From an uncultured Muribaculaceae bacterium (GTDB lineage Bacteria; Bacteroidota; Bacteroidia; Bacteroidales; Muribaculaceae): a stretch of DNA of 64,000 nt. Of this stretch, positions 37,585-46,128 are shown piece by piece. Numbering within the stretch: position 1 is the stretch's first letter; each line of letters opens with the position of its first letter. The stretch is taken from positions 9,605 to 73,604 of the forward strand of contig CAXHOY010000008.1 in the NCBI GenBank assembly GCA_964018265.1, read 5' to 3'. Below the pieces are notes generated by a model, which had not been told where the DNA came from, made no database searches, and saw only the letters and a list, made by a program, of their open reading frames with translations. The position numbers were made by a program, and so were the translations under genes.

Positions 37585-37755
37585 TTATTCGCCGGGTTCG
37601 ATAGCTCCGCTGGGGCAAACTTCAGCGCAAGAGCCACATTCGATGCATGTATCGGGATCGATGTGGTAGATTTCGCCTTCTGAGATTGCTTCTACGGGGC
37701 AAACGGGGAGACATGTGCCGCAAGCTACACATCTGTCGGTAATTACATATGCCAT
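37585..37755 (-). CDS. 2x[4Fe-4S] ferredoxin, 56 aa (absent from ORF track)
   Basis: Hand translation MAYVITDRCVACGTCLPVCPVEAISEGEIYHIDPDTCIECGSCAEVCPSGAIEPGE*: two CxxCxxCxxxCP motifs; -7 box TAAATTTG at 37806-37813 (-). Confidence 0.95.
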   Translation of the reverse strand: MAYVITDRCVACGTCLPVCPVEAISEGEIYHIDPDTCIECGSCAEVCPSGAIEPGE

Positions 37756-37892
37756 AATTGAAAAAGTTTAGATAATTAATACGTTGTTCGAATTGTTTTG
37801 CGGTGCAAATTTAATGCTTATTTTTAATATCAAACAAAGTTTGGACAAAAAAATCACAGACAAAATACATAAATATATATTTCGATGAATAT

Positions 37893-39026
37893 TTATTTCG
37901 ATGGCGCTTTGTCCCATCCGCTTGCCTGATGGCGGAGATTGATGATTCGGGCGATGCGGTCCATGATTTCGCGGTCTTTTTCGTTGCCTGAATTCTGGAA
38001 GTCGTAAAATCCCTGAAAGCCGGAGTAGTATGCTATCGGCTGATGGTAGAATGCACCGCCATGTTCGAAGTGATCGATGTAGTTGACAAGACGTTGATAG
38101 AAGTTGGGATGGATGTCATACAGGCCGATGTTATGAGGCTCGGTGCGTGTGCGTTCGCCTGTGGTGCAGTTCCATCGATAATCATATCCGGCAAATTCGA
38201 TTTCGAGGCCCATGTTTTTCTCGCGTGAGTAGTCGATAGCCCCTTCGAGTTGGCTGATAGGACGTTCTTCCTTGAAATAATAGTTTGGCTGCAGGTATGC
38301 CACATCGACACCCCAGTCTTTCCATTCGCCACGTCCTTTGGCCGAGACGTAAGGAATCCAGTAGACCAGCAGATTTTTGTCGTGGATATATCTGTTGACA
38401 TCGCGGACGTGTTCGTCCTTGTCTTCGTGGAACGACTCTTTGGTCCAGTACACGCCGTCGAGCTCGATGTTTTTGAAGCCGGCTTCATCCCAGCGTCGCA
38501 GCAGTTCATCTACATACCATTTAATCTGCTCTTCGCGTTGGTTTCCACTGATGGTCTGCCCGTCGACAGTGCCCCATGTCCACTCGCCCTTGGTCCAGTT
38601 GGTCGGAAGGTTCATCACGATCTTATGTTTGTGGCCCGGTTTGCCAAGCTGAGGGATAAGTTCGCCTATCAGTTCGTCGAGAGCGCGGCACCCTTGTCCG
38701 GTATGTGTGCCGAGCTGTTGGTCAAGCATTGCGCTCCAGTCTTCCTGTGTCGATGGTTCTCCGATATATTCGCCCAGACACACAGCCTTGCAGTCATTGT
38801 TCCATCTCATGAATTCGAGCATCAGGAAACCGTCGAATTTCCATGAACGGCTGCCGTCGGCATAGGTATGCATGACATATGGCAGCAATGTTTCCTTGTT
38901 CCACTCCGGTCGGTGCTGGGCGCCGATATAGATCAGCGCGAGGTCGTCGATGTCAGTGACTGTTGAATACTGTGCGGAGGCAGATAATGTGCACAAAAGT
39001 GCACCGATCATAGTCTTTAGTTTCAT
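37893..39026 (-). CDS. DUF4855-domain exported protein (putative glycoside-hydrolase-like TIM barrel)
   Basis: Signal peptide; DDLALIY, WKFDGFLMLEF, ELDGVYW..E, WIPY, DVAYLQPNYYF, MGLEIEF. Confidence 0.75.
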   Translation of the reverse strand: MKLKTMIGALLCTLSASAQYSTVTDIDDLALIYIGAQHRPEWNKETLLPYVMHTYADGSRSWKFDGFLMLEFMRWNNDCKAVCLGEYIGEPSTQEDWSAMLDQQLGTHTGQGCRALDELIGELIPQLGKPGHKHKIVMNLPTNWTKGEWTWGTVDGQTISGNQREEQIKWYVDELLRRWDEAGFKNIELDGVYWTKESFHEDKDEHVRDVNRYIHDKNLLVYWIPYVSAKGRGEWKDWGVDVAYLQPNYYFKEERPISQLEGAIDYSREKNMGLEIEFAGYDYRWNCTTGERTRTEPHNIGLYDIHPNFYQRLVNYIDHFEHGGAFYHQPIAYYSGFQGFYDFQNSGNEKDREIMDRIARIINLRHQASGWDKAPSK

Positions 39027-39090
39027 TGATAGATAGAGTTTTGATGGATTAGGTTTATGCAGTTGTTTGAGGTGGTCGTAAATAATTATA

Positions 39091-39258
39091 TCAAAGTTTT
39101 TTGTCGCATTTTCGTCCGGAGTTTTTCAAAGGGCAGTCAAGATCGCAGCTGTCACACGACGGTTTGTGCTTTCGGATGCGTCGTCTGATTAAGAAAATCA
39201 GACATACGGCTATTATGATGACAACCGCGGCTGTCTGCAGGGCGTCGTTTATGTTCAT
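39091..39258 (-). CDS. FeoB-associated-type Cys-rich small membrane protein, 55 aa (absent from ORF track)
   Basis: Hand translation MNINDALQTAAVVIIIAVCLIFLIRRRIRKHKPSCDSCDLDCPLKNSGRKCDKKL*: TM helix, basic patch, CxxCxxxC; ATG overlaps the Nudix TGA (ATGA). Confidence 0.8.
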   Translation of the reverse strand: MNINDALQTAAVVIIIAVCLIFLIRRRIRKHKPSCDSCDLDCPLKNSGRKCDKKL

Positions 39259-39755
39259 TGAAGCAGCCTTTTGAATTCCTGCTCGAAGTTTGGTGTCAGT
39301 ATCCCTTTGCCCATTGCCGCTACTATCTCATCAGTAGTCCAGAATGAGATTTCGCTTATCTCTTCCGTCTGGAAGGCAAAAGGGTAGTTGCGGTCGACTA
39401 TGGTGATGAAAGGGTTGACGAGTTCGCGTTCGACCGCTGATTCGAATATATAAGGCTTGAGAGGCTTTGGATCGAAATCATGCAGGCCGAGTTCTTCGGC
39501 CGCTTCACGTCGGAGGGCGTCATGGACAGACTCTCCGAAGTCGATGTGTCCGCCGACCGACGTGTCCCATTTTGATGGCTGTATGTCCTTGTCGTCAGCG
39601 CGTTTTTGGAGCAAAAGTGCACCGTCAGGACTGAAGACGTGAAGGTGTACGACCGGATGGAGCAGTTTTGACCCGGAGTGACATTCGCCACGTGTAGCGG
39701 AACCGATGACATTGCCCTGGTCATCTACGAGAGGAAAAAGTTCGTCATTTGCCAT
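39255..39755 (-). CDS. Nudix hydrolase (IDI type-1-like subgroup)
   Basis: LHPVVHLHVF, LLQKRA, WDTSVGGHIDFGES...ALRREAAEELGL Nudix box. Confidence 0.9.
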   Translation of the reverse strand: MANDELFPLVDDQGNVIGSATRGECHSGSKLLHPVVHLHVFSPDGALLLQKRADDKDIQPSKWDTSVGGHIDFGESVHDALRREAAEELGLHDFDPKPLKPYIFESAVERELVNPFITIVDRNYPFAFQTEEISEISFWTTDEIVAAMGKGILTPNFEQEFKRLLQ

Positions 39756-41781
39756 TTGATGCTATTTTTTCGGCGAGTTGTGCCGGAGTGAGTGAGTCGG
39801 GATAATGTTCGAATGGTAGCCGGCAAGTGCAGCCGTCGGCATATCTTGAACAACCATATGCAGTTCGGCCTTTGATGATGTGGCCTTTGCCGCATGTCGG
39901 ACATTTGATTGCCTCGAGGCTTTCGATTTTCTTTTTGCGGGGAGCGCGTTTGGCTTTAGGTTTGGCCTTTTTAGTCTCCGGCTCTTCGGTTTTGGTTTCG
40001 ATGCGCCGGGACGAATTGTCGGTCAGTACGTTGATTACAATTTCCGAAATCTGGGTCTTGAGATCGCTGATAAATTCTGCGGCAGAAAACTCACCTCGCT
40101 CTATGCGCCGGAGTCTGTTTTCCCATATGCCTGTGAGTTTGGCGCTTTTTAGCAATTCCTCGTTGATAGTGGCTATCAGGTCAATGCCGGCCTGAGATGC
40201 CATGATATTTTTTCGTTCGCGGTAGATATAGCGTCTTTTGAAGAGCGTCTCGATAATCGCCGCTCTTGTCGACGGGCGACCGATGCCGTTTTCTTTCATC
40301 GCTTCCCGCAGTTCGTCGTCATCGACGGTTTTGCCGGCGGATTCCATGGCGCGTAGCAGTGTGCCTTCGGTGTAATATTTAGGCGGCTGGGTCGTTTTCT
40401 TCTGAAGGGTCGGATTGTGGGGGCCGCTTTCACCTGTAGTGAAGGGTGGCATTATGCGTTGTTCGTCGTCGGTCTGGTCAGACTGGTCGCTTTCTCCGGC
40501 AAACAGGGCTCTCCATCCAGGCGAGTCAATGACTTTGCCCACGGCTTTGAACTCGGTATCGGCGACTTTGCCCATGACGGTGGTCTGCATGAAGGTGCAG
40601 TCAGGATAGAATGCTGCGATGAAACGCATCGCTATCAGGTGATAAAGCTTGCGTTCGTTGCCGACGAGGGCTGTCGGAGCCTGTCCCGTCGGTATGATTG
40701 CATGGTGATCCGTGACTTTTGAATTGTCGAAGACTTTTTTGCTCTTGGGTATTTTGTTGGCCAATATCGGAGCGGTCCGGTCGGCATATGGAGTCATTTG
40801 CCTGAGAATTTCCGGAATTTTCGGATAGATGTCGTCGCTGAGATATGTGGTGTCGACACGTGGATATGTGGTGACTTTTTTCTCATATAGCGCCTGAATC
40901 AGTTGCAGGGATTCGTCGGCTGTCCATGCCCAACGGCGGTTGCATTCGACCTGAAGGGAGGTCAGGTCAAACAGTCGGGGCGGAGCTTCCTTGCCTTTTT
41001 TTTCTGTGACAGAAGTGACTTCAAATGGGAGGGTCGCGAGATTTTCGAGCAGACTCTCAGCTTCGACCGGATCGTTGAACCGGCCTTTGGTGGCGTTGAA
41101 GTTGACATCACGGTAGACAGTCTTCAGTTCCCAGAAGTTTTCGGGTTTGAAGTTTGTGATTTCGAAGTGTCGCTTTACGATCAGAGCGAGCGTCGGGGTC
41201 TGCACGCGTCCGATTGACAACACATTGCCGCTGCCGCCATATTTGAGCGAGTAGAGACGTGTGGCGTTCATGCCGAGTATCCAGTCTCCTATCGCACGTG
41301 ACATGCCTGCATAATAGAGGTTGTCGAACTTTGCTTCGGGTTGCAGAGTCTCGAAGCCTTCGCGTATCGACTGATCTGTCAGCGATGATATCCACAAACG
41401 TTTTACCGGACATTTGATGCCTGCTTTCTGCATGACCCAGCGTTGGATCAGTTCGCCTTCTTGCCCGGCGTCACCGCAGTTGACAACTTGGTCGGCTTCG
41501 GCGATCAGATTCTCTATGACGTGGAACTGGCGTTTTATGCCGTCGTCGTCGATGATCTTGATGCCGAACTTTGGCGGCAGCATCGGCAGGGCTCCGAGCG
41601 ACCATCGTTTCCATAGAGGGGTGTAGTCATGAGGCTCTTTCAAGCAGCAAAGATGACCGAAGGTCCAAGTGATTTTATAACCGTTGCCTTCGAAGTATCC
41701 GTCACGTCGGGTTGTCGCGCCGAGAATCGACGCGATGTCACGTGCCACACTTGGTTTCTCTGTTATACAGACTGTCGTCAC
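39745..41781 (-). CDS. topB: DNA topoisomerase III
   Basis: CITEKPSVARDIA, TWTFGHL, NCGDAGQEGELI, GRVQTPTL, catalytic TTYPRVD, DHHAIIPT, GIGRPSTRA; GTG start overlaps the mazG stop. Confidence 0.93.
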   Translation of the reverse strand: MTTVCITEKPSVARDIASILGATTRRDGYFEGNGYKITWTFGHLCCLKEPHDYTPLWKRWSLGALPMLPPKFGIKIIDDDGIKRQFHVIENLIAEADQVVNCGDAGQEGELIQRWVMQKAGIKCPVKRLWISSLTDQSIREGFETLQPEAKFDNLYYAGMSRAIGDWILGMNATRLYSLKYGGSGNVLSIGRVQTPTLALIVKRHFEITNFKPENFWELKTVYRDVNFNATKGRFNDPVEAESLLENLATLPFEVTSVTEKKGKEAPPRLFDLTSLQVECNRRWAWTADESLQLIQALYEKKVTTYPRVDTTYLSDDIYPKIPEILRQMTPYADRTAPILANKIPKSKKVFDNSKVTDHHAIIPTGQAPTALVGNERKLYHLIAMRFIAAFYPDCTFMQTTVMGKVADTEFKAVGKVIDSPGWRALFAGESDQSDQTDDEQRIMPPFTTGESGPHNPTLQKKTTQPPKYYTEGTLLRAMESAGKTVDDDELREAMKENGIGRPSTRAAIIETLFKRRYIYRERKNIMASQAGIDLIATINEELLKSAKLTGIWENRLRRIERGEFSAAEFISDLKTQISEIVINVLTDNSSRRIETKTEEPETKKAKPKAKRAPRKKKIESLEAIKCPTCGKGHIIKGRTAYGCSRYADGCTCRLPFEHYPDSLTPAQLAEKIASNGK

Positions 41782-42566
41782 TCTGCAGCGTCTTTAGCTT
41801 CGTTCCAGAACTTATCCATCTCATCAAGCGTCAGGTCTGAGATGCGGCGGCCGGAGTCGGCTGCCGCTTGTTCGATATGGTTGAAGCGTTTGATGAATTT
41901 GCGGTTAGTGCGTTCGAGGGCATTGTCGGGATTGACGCCATAGAGACGGGCGGCATTGACAATGCTGAAAAGCAGGTCGCCGAACTCGGCTTCAATGTCG
42001 TCTGCGCGCTCTGATGTGATGGCGTCGGACACCTCTCCGAGTTCTTCATTGACCTTGTTCCATACTTCCTCTCTCTTCTGCCAGTCAAAACCTACATTAG
42101 CGGCCTTTTCCTGAATGCGGTATGCCTTTATCAGAGCCGGTAGGGCCATTGGAACTCCCGACAGCACTGTGCGGTTGCCGTCTTTTTCCTTAAGTTTGAT
42201 TTTCTCCCAGTTGGTCTCTACGTCATGTGCGCCGGAGACAGTGGTGTCGCCGAACACATGGGGATGACGGAATATCAGTTTGGCATTGAGTGCGTCGGCC
42301 ACATCGGCTATGTCAAAGAGCCCTTTTTCATCAGCGATCTTTGAATAGAAGAGAATGTGGAGAAGCACGTCGCCAAGTTCTTTTTTAATGTCCGGTGTGT
42401 CGTCAGACGAGAGAGCTTGTGCGAGTTCGTAGACTTCCTCAATTGTGTTGGTGCGCAGGCTTTCGTTGGTCTGCTTTGCATCCCAAGGACATTTCACGCG
42501 TAGTATTTCGAGGGTGTCGATTACCCGTCCGAGGGCTTCGATGCGTTGTTGACGTGTATTTGACAT
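41778..42566 (-). CDS. mazG: Nucleoside triphosphate pyrophosphohydrolase MazG
   Basis: CPWDAKQT, IEEVYEL, ELGDVLL, RHPHVF, GFDW, EFGDLLFS, NRKFIKRF. Confidence 0.95.
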   Translation of the reverse strand: MSNTRQQRIEALGRVIDTLEILRVKCPWDAKQTNESLRTNTIEEVYELAQALSSDDTPDIKKELGDVLLHILFYSKIADEKGLFDIADVADALNAKLIFRHPHVFGDTTVSGAHDVETNWEKIKLKEKDGNRTVLSGVPMALPALIKAYRIQEKAANVGFDWQKREEVWNKVNEELGEVSDAITSERADDIEAEFGDLLFSIVNAARLYGVNPDNALERTNRKFIKRFNHIEQAAADSGRRISDLTLDEMDKFWNEAKDAAE

Positions 42567-42630
42567 GTTTGAGGATGGTTAATGATAGTTATTTACCCGA
42601 TTGATGAGCGTCGGAAGTCCGATCTTCCGC

Positions 42631-44610
42631 TTATTTGCGGGTCTGGTATGTTTCGGCGCCAAGATTTAGCCAATCGATAAACGCGTCGACATTCTCGTCG
42701 TAGGCCCGAGCCGGAGCAAGAGGCTGTCCTTCGTTGTCGAGAAGCACGTAATATGGTTGGGAGTTTATGCCGAATTTATGGCGCTGCAGATAGCTCCATC
42801 TGTCGCCGACGGTCTCTATCAGAGTTTCCGAGCCATATTCCTCCACTGTGTAAGGCTTGGCAAGTTTCTCTTTGTCATCGACCATGAGTTTAATGAGCAC
42901 GTAGCCGTTTTCGATCGCATCGCGCACGGCCTGAGTGTCAAAGACGGCTCCTTCCATCTTGCGGCAGTTGACACAGGCATAGCCGGAGAAGTCAAGCAGG
43001 ACCGGAAGATTGTTGTTTTCGGCATATGTCATACCTTCGTCATAGTCATGGAATTCTTTGAATGTGCCGCCATAGAGGTTGAAGTCCTGTGTCGTCAACG
43101 GAGGAGCGAATGCCGAAATGCTTTTAAGCGGTGCGCCCCACAGGCCTGGCACGAGATATACGGCAAATGAGAGTGAGATCACGGCAAGGAAGAAACCTGC
43201 GACACCTGTGTGGGTACGTTCTGAGTCGTGTGGAAAGCGTATTTTGCCGAGAAGATAGAGTCCAAGGAGCACAAAAAGTACAATCCATATCGAGAGGAAC
43301 ACTTCGCGGTCAAGAATGCGCCATCCGTAGGCGAGATCTGCGACAGAGAGGAACTTGAGGGAGAGTATGAGTTCGATGAATCCGAGAACGACTTTGACCG
43401 AATTGAGCCATCCGCCCGAACGAGGCATCTCCTTGAGGAGCGAGGGAAAGAATGCAAACAAGCCGAAAGGCAGAGCCAGGCCTAAGGCAAAACCGCCCAT
43501 GCCTACTGCCGGGCCGAGTATGCTTGCCTGGGATGCGGCCTCGACAAGAAGTGTGCCGATGATCGGACCTGTGCATGAGAATGATACAAGCACAAGGGTG
43601 AATGCCATGAAGAATATGCTGATGAAGCCTGTGGTAGATTCGGCTTTGCTGTCGATTTTGTTTGACCATTTGGCGGGAAGGGTGATGTTGAACGCTCCGA
43701 AAAATGAGATGGCAAAGACAACAAGCAGCACGAAAAACAGGAGGTTGAAGACAGCGCTTGTCGCGATTTCGTTAAGCTTTCCGGCGTCAAATATCAATGT
43801 CAGTGCTATACCCATGACAAGATATATCACGACTATGCTGAGTCCATAGGTCACCGCGTCGGCTATGGAACGGCTGCGGTCTTTGCCTTTTTTCAGGAAG
43901 AAGCTCATGGTCATGGGAATCATGGGCCATACACATGGGGTGAGGACTGCGAGAAGTCCTCCGAGAAAGCCGAAGATAAATATGCTGAGCCATCCCGCAC
44001 CTTCGGTTGAGTTGTCGTTTGCCATGTCGACAGGAGCCCACCAGAGGTTTTCATCTCCGGATGTGGCGGCATGGGCCTGTTGTTTCTTAGCCGGTGATGC
44101 ATCCGGCTGTGCGGCTGCGGGTTTAGAGTCGGCGACACCAAACTGTCCGCTGAACGACACTTTTGCAGGAGGGGTGCATGCGTCGTTGTTGCAGGCCATG
44201 AAGTTGATGGTGCCTGTGATTGTCAGTCCGGCAATGCCGTCGGCGACAGTGAAGGGCTGAGAGAATGTGACGCTCCCTGAAACCCAGGGAATGTTTAATT
44301 TAAGGACATCATCATAGTGCTCTGTTATAGGCGCGGATGCAGTGACATCGCCAGTCAGGGTGAGTCCTTCGGCCGGATTGACAGTGAACGAGGTTGGTGG
44401 AGGTACAGGCGTGTCGTCAAGGTCGGGCATTGTCAGGCCGTAGATATGCCAGCCTTCGTTAATGTCGGCATGCCATTTGATCACACCTTCGCGGTCATTG
44501 ATCGTTTCTATCTCAGTGGTCCATGTCACGTTGGACGGCACAGCTGCGTTGGCGGCAGAGCTTGCCAGAACCACCAACAGGAGTGTTGAAAATACTTTTG
44601 TCAGTTTCAT
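42631..44610 (-). CDS. dsbD: Thiol:disulfide interchange protein DsbD
   Basis: N-terminal Ig-like domain (GWHIY, MACNNDAC), TM domain (TPCVWPMIP, SFSCTGP, GGWLNSVK), thioredoxin domain DFSGYACVNCRKME. Confidence 0.92.
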   Translation of the reverse strand: MKLTKVFSTLLLVVLASSAANAAVPSNVTWTTEIETINDREGVIKWHADINEGWHIYGLTMPDLDDTPVPPPTSFTVNPAEGLTLTGDVTASAPITEHYDDVLKLNIPWVSGSVTFSQPFTVADGIAGLTITGTINFMACNNDACTPPAKVSFSGQFGVADSKPAAAQPDASPAKKQQAHAATSGDENLWWAPVDMANDNSTEGAGWLSIFIFGFLGGLLAVLTPCVWPMIPMTMSFFLKKGKDRSRSIADAVTYGLSIVVIYLVMGIALTLIFDAGKLNEIATSAVFNLLFFVLLVVFAISFFGAFNITLPAKWSNKIDSKAESTTGFISIFFMAFTLVLVSFSCTGPIIGTLLVEAASQASILGPAVGMGGFALGLALPFGLFAFFPSLLKEMPRSGGWLNSVKVVLGFIELILSLKFLSVADLAYGWRILDREVFLSIWIVLFVLLGLYLLGKIRFPHDSERTHTGVAGFFLAVISLSFAVYLVPGLWGAPLKSISAFAPPLTTQDFNLYGGTFKEFHDYDEGMTYAENNNLPVLLDFSGYACVNCRKMEGAVFDTQAVRDAIENGYVLIKLMVDDKEKLAKPYTVEEYGSETLIETVGDRWSYLQRHKFGINSQPYYVLLDNEGQPLAPARAYDENVDAFIDWLNLGAETYQTRK

Positions 44611-44616
44611 GTCTGA

Positions 44617-45102
44617 TTATTTCTTGCGTGGAGTCAGTCTTGAGGGATCATATTGAGGAATAGATGCCGAGATTGTCTCTGTTTTTGGAGGAGTGCAAGT
44701 GCCACCGTTGCAGCACATGAAAGTTATTGAAACTTTGATAATGCCGTTTTCTTTGTCAATGACCGAAAAGCGTTGAGTGAAATTGACGTTACGGTCCCAC
44801 CATGAAAGTTTTTTGCCAAACAGAGGGTCCATTCGGCTGATAGGATTTTCAGACGGCTTTATGTCGCCTCGGATCTCGATGCCGTTGGATGATGAGAAAT
44901 CAAACTTTGTGGCCTTCGGGCCGCCTTCGGGCATGTCGAGAGCATAAAGATGCCATCCGTCATCGATCAGAGCCTTGATGACAATTTCTCCTTCGTCGGG
45001 AGAGGTCATGTTGACAGACGTGCGCCAGCGCACGGGACTTTGTGCAGAAGCTGCAATTGCCATCACTGCAATTGCTATTGTAAGTAAAAGCGCTTTTTTC
45101 AT
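44617..45102 (-). CDS. Stand-alone DsbD N-terminal (DsbDn/DsbC-like) domain exported protein
   Basis: Preferred start MKKALLL at 45102; GWHLY, GPKAT, MCCNGGTCTPP parallel the N-domain of the downstream DsbD. Confidence 0.8.
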   Translation of the reverse strand: MKKALLLTIAIAVMAIAASAQSPVRWRTSVNMTSPDEGEIVIKALIDDGWHLYALDMPEGGPKATKFDFSSSNGIEIRGDIKPSENPISRMDPLFGKKLSWWDRNVNFTQRFSVIDKENGIIKVSITFMCCNGGTCTPPKTETISASIPQYDPSRLTPRKK

Positions 45103-45146
45103 AATAACCGGTGTTTGTTTATGTGTAGAAGTTGTTGAATTATACT

Positions 45147-45283
45147 GCAAAGATACGGATAAGCGAGGGCAATGCAAAATTTATTTGGCATTGCCGAGCG
45201 AAAGTATCTAAGGCGAAGCCAACGATACGGAAAGGCGCGAGGGCAATGCAAAATTTATTTGGCATTGCCCCGGTGGAAAGTAT
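45147..45283 (-). repeat. Tandem pair of palindromic promoter-associated repeats
   Basis: Identical 33-bp GCGAGGGCAATGCAAAATTTATTTGGCATTGCC at 45163-45195 and 45237-45269, each bracketed by GATAC...GTATC; -7 box TATCTTTG (-) at 45147-45154. Confidence 0.85.
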
Positions 45284-45328
45284 CAGTGGCTGAAGCGACG
45301 ATGGAGATTGATGTAGGACTCAGCAGAC

Positions 45329-46015
45329 CTATCTGGCCTGATTGTGCATTCTTATCTGGTCGACAATCTGCTGCATGCCTTTTACAGACGGGTGACCTTC
45401 AATTCGATCAATTGCTTCGAGCTGGATATATTCAACGCCATAGTGGCGGCAAATTGTTTTGGTCGATTCGGTAACTTCCTCGCTCAGGTCATTGTTGATC
45501 AGGACAACAATCTCTGTTCCGGGATAGAACTTGAGCATTGTGGCGAGCATGTAAGCCATGGCCGGACGGTAATTGTATAGATCCTTGGCAGTCCAGTCGG
45601 AGTATTGGAACTCACCGACGGGCACACCCGCCCAGGAGTCATTTGTGCCGCCGAATATGTAGATCAAGTCGGGCGAACCGAGGTTTTTCATGCGTGCGAT
45701 GAACGAGCGGTCGCTATAGTCTCTGCCGTGATAGCCGGTGTTGCAGACTGTAGAGCCTGAAAAGGAGTTGTTGCGGCACAGGCGGTAGCCTTCTTCTGTA
45801 ATCAGTTTGTGCCACCATGTGTCGGATACTCTGTGCACGTCGTTGGTTGATTGTGATTTTTCCCAGTACCACACATAGTTTGTGTCAGGAACGACACATC
45901 CTTCGAAAGTGGAGTAGGAGTCTCCGAGTATTGATACGCCTTTACGGCTGTCGGCCGAAAGTTCACATGACCAGAATGTAAGAATGGCCAGTAGACAAAA
46001 TAGTAACTTTTTCAT
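45329..46015 (-). CDS. SGNH/GDSL hydrolase family exported protein
   Basis: Block I SILGDSYST, block II NNSFSGST, block III FGGTND, block V GHPS. Confidence 0.9.
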   Translation of the reverse strand: MKKLLFCLLAILTFWSCELSADSRKGVSILGDSYSTFEGCVVPDTNYVWYWEKSQSTNDVHRVSDTWWHKLITEEGYRLCRNNSFSGSTVCNTGYHGRDYSDRSFIARMKNLGSPDLIYIFGGTNDSWAGVPVGEFQYSDWTAKDLYNYRPAMAYMLATMLKFYPGTEIVVLINNDLSEEVTESTKTICRHYGVEYIQLEAIDRIEGHPSVKGMQQIVDQIRMHNQAR

Positions 46016-46128
46016 GATTATGTAGGTGGATTTAAAACGTCATCCTCTGATTGTCTGTAAAATTAACAATAAATTTTTTTTGAGCGTTGGATATGGTCAT
46101 TTTAACGGTGGGTCATTTTTGACAGTCT

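Noticed and set aside
45163-45269. CRISPR array (33-bp palindromic repeat with a 41-bp spacer)
   Set aside because: Only two copies, similarity extends into the 'spacer' (GATAC/GTATC flanks), no cas genes or leader in the window, and a related single copy sits at a promoter at 30442
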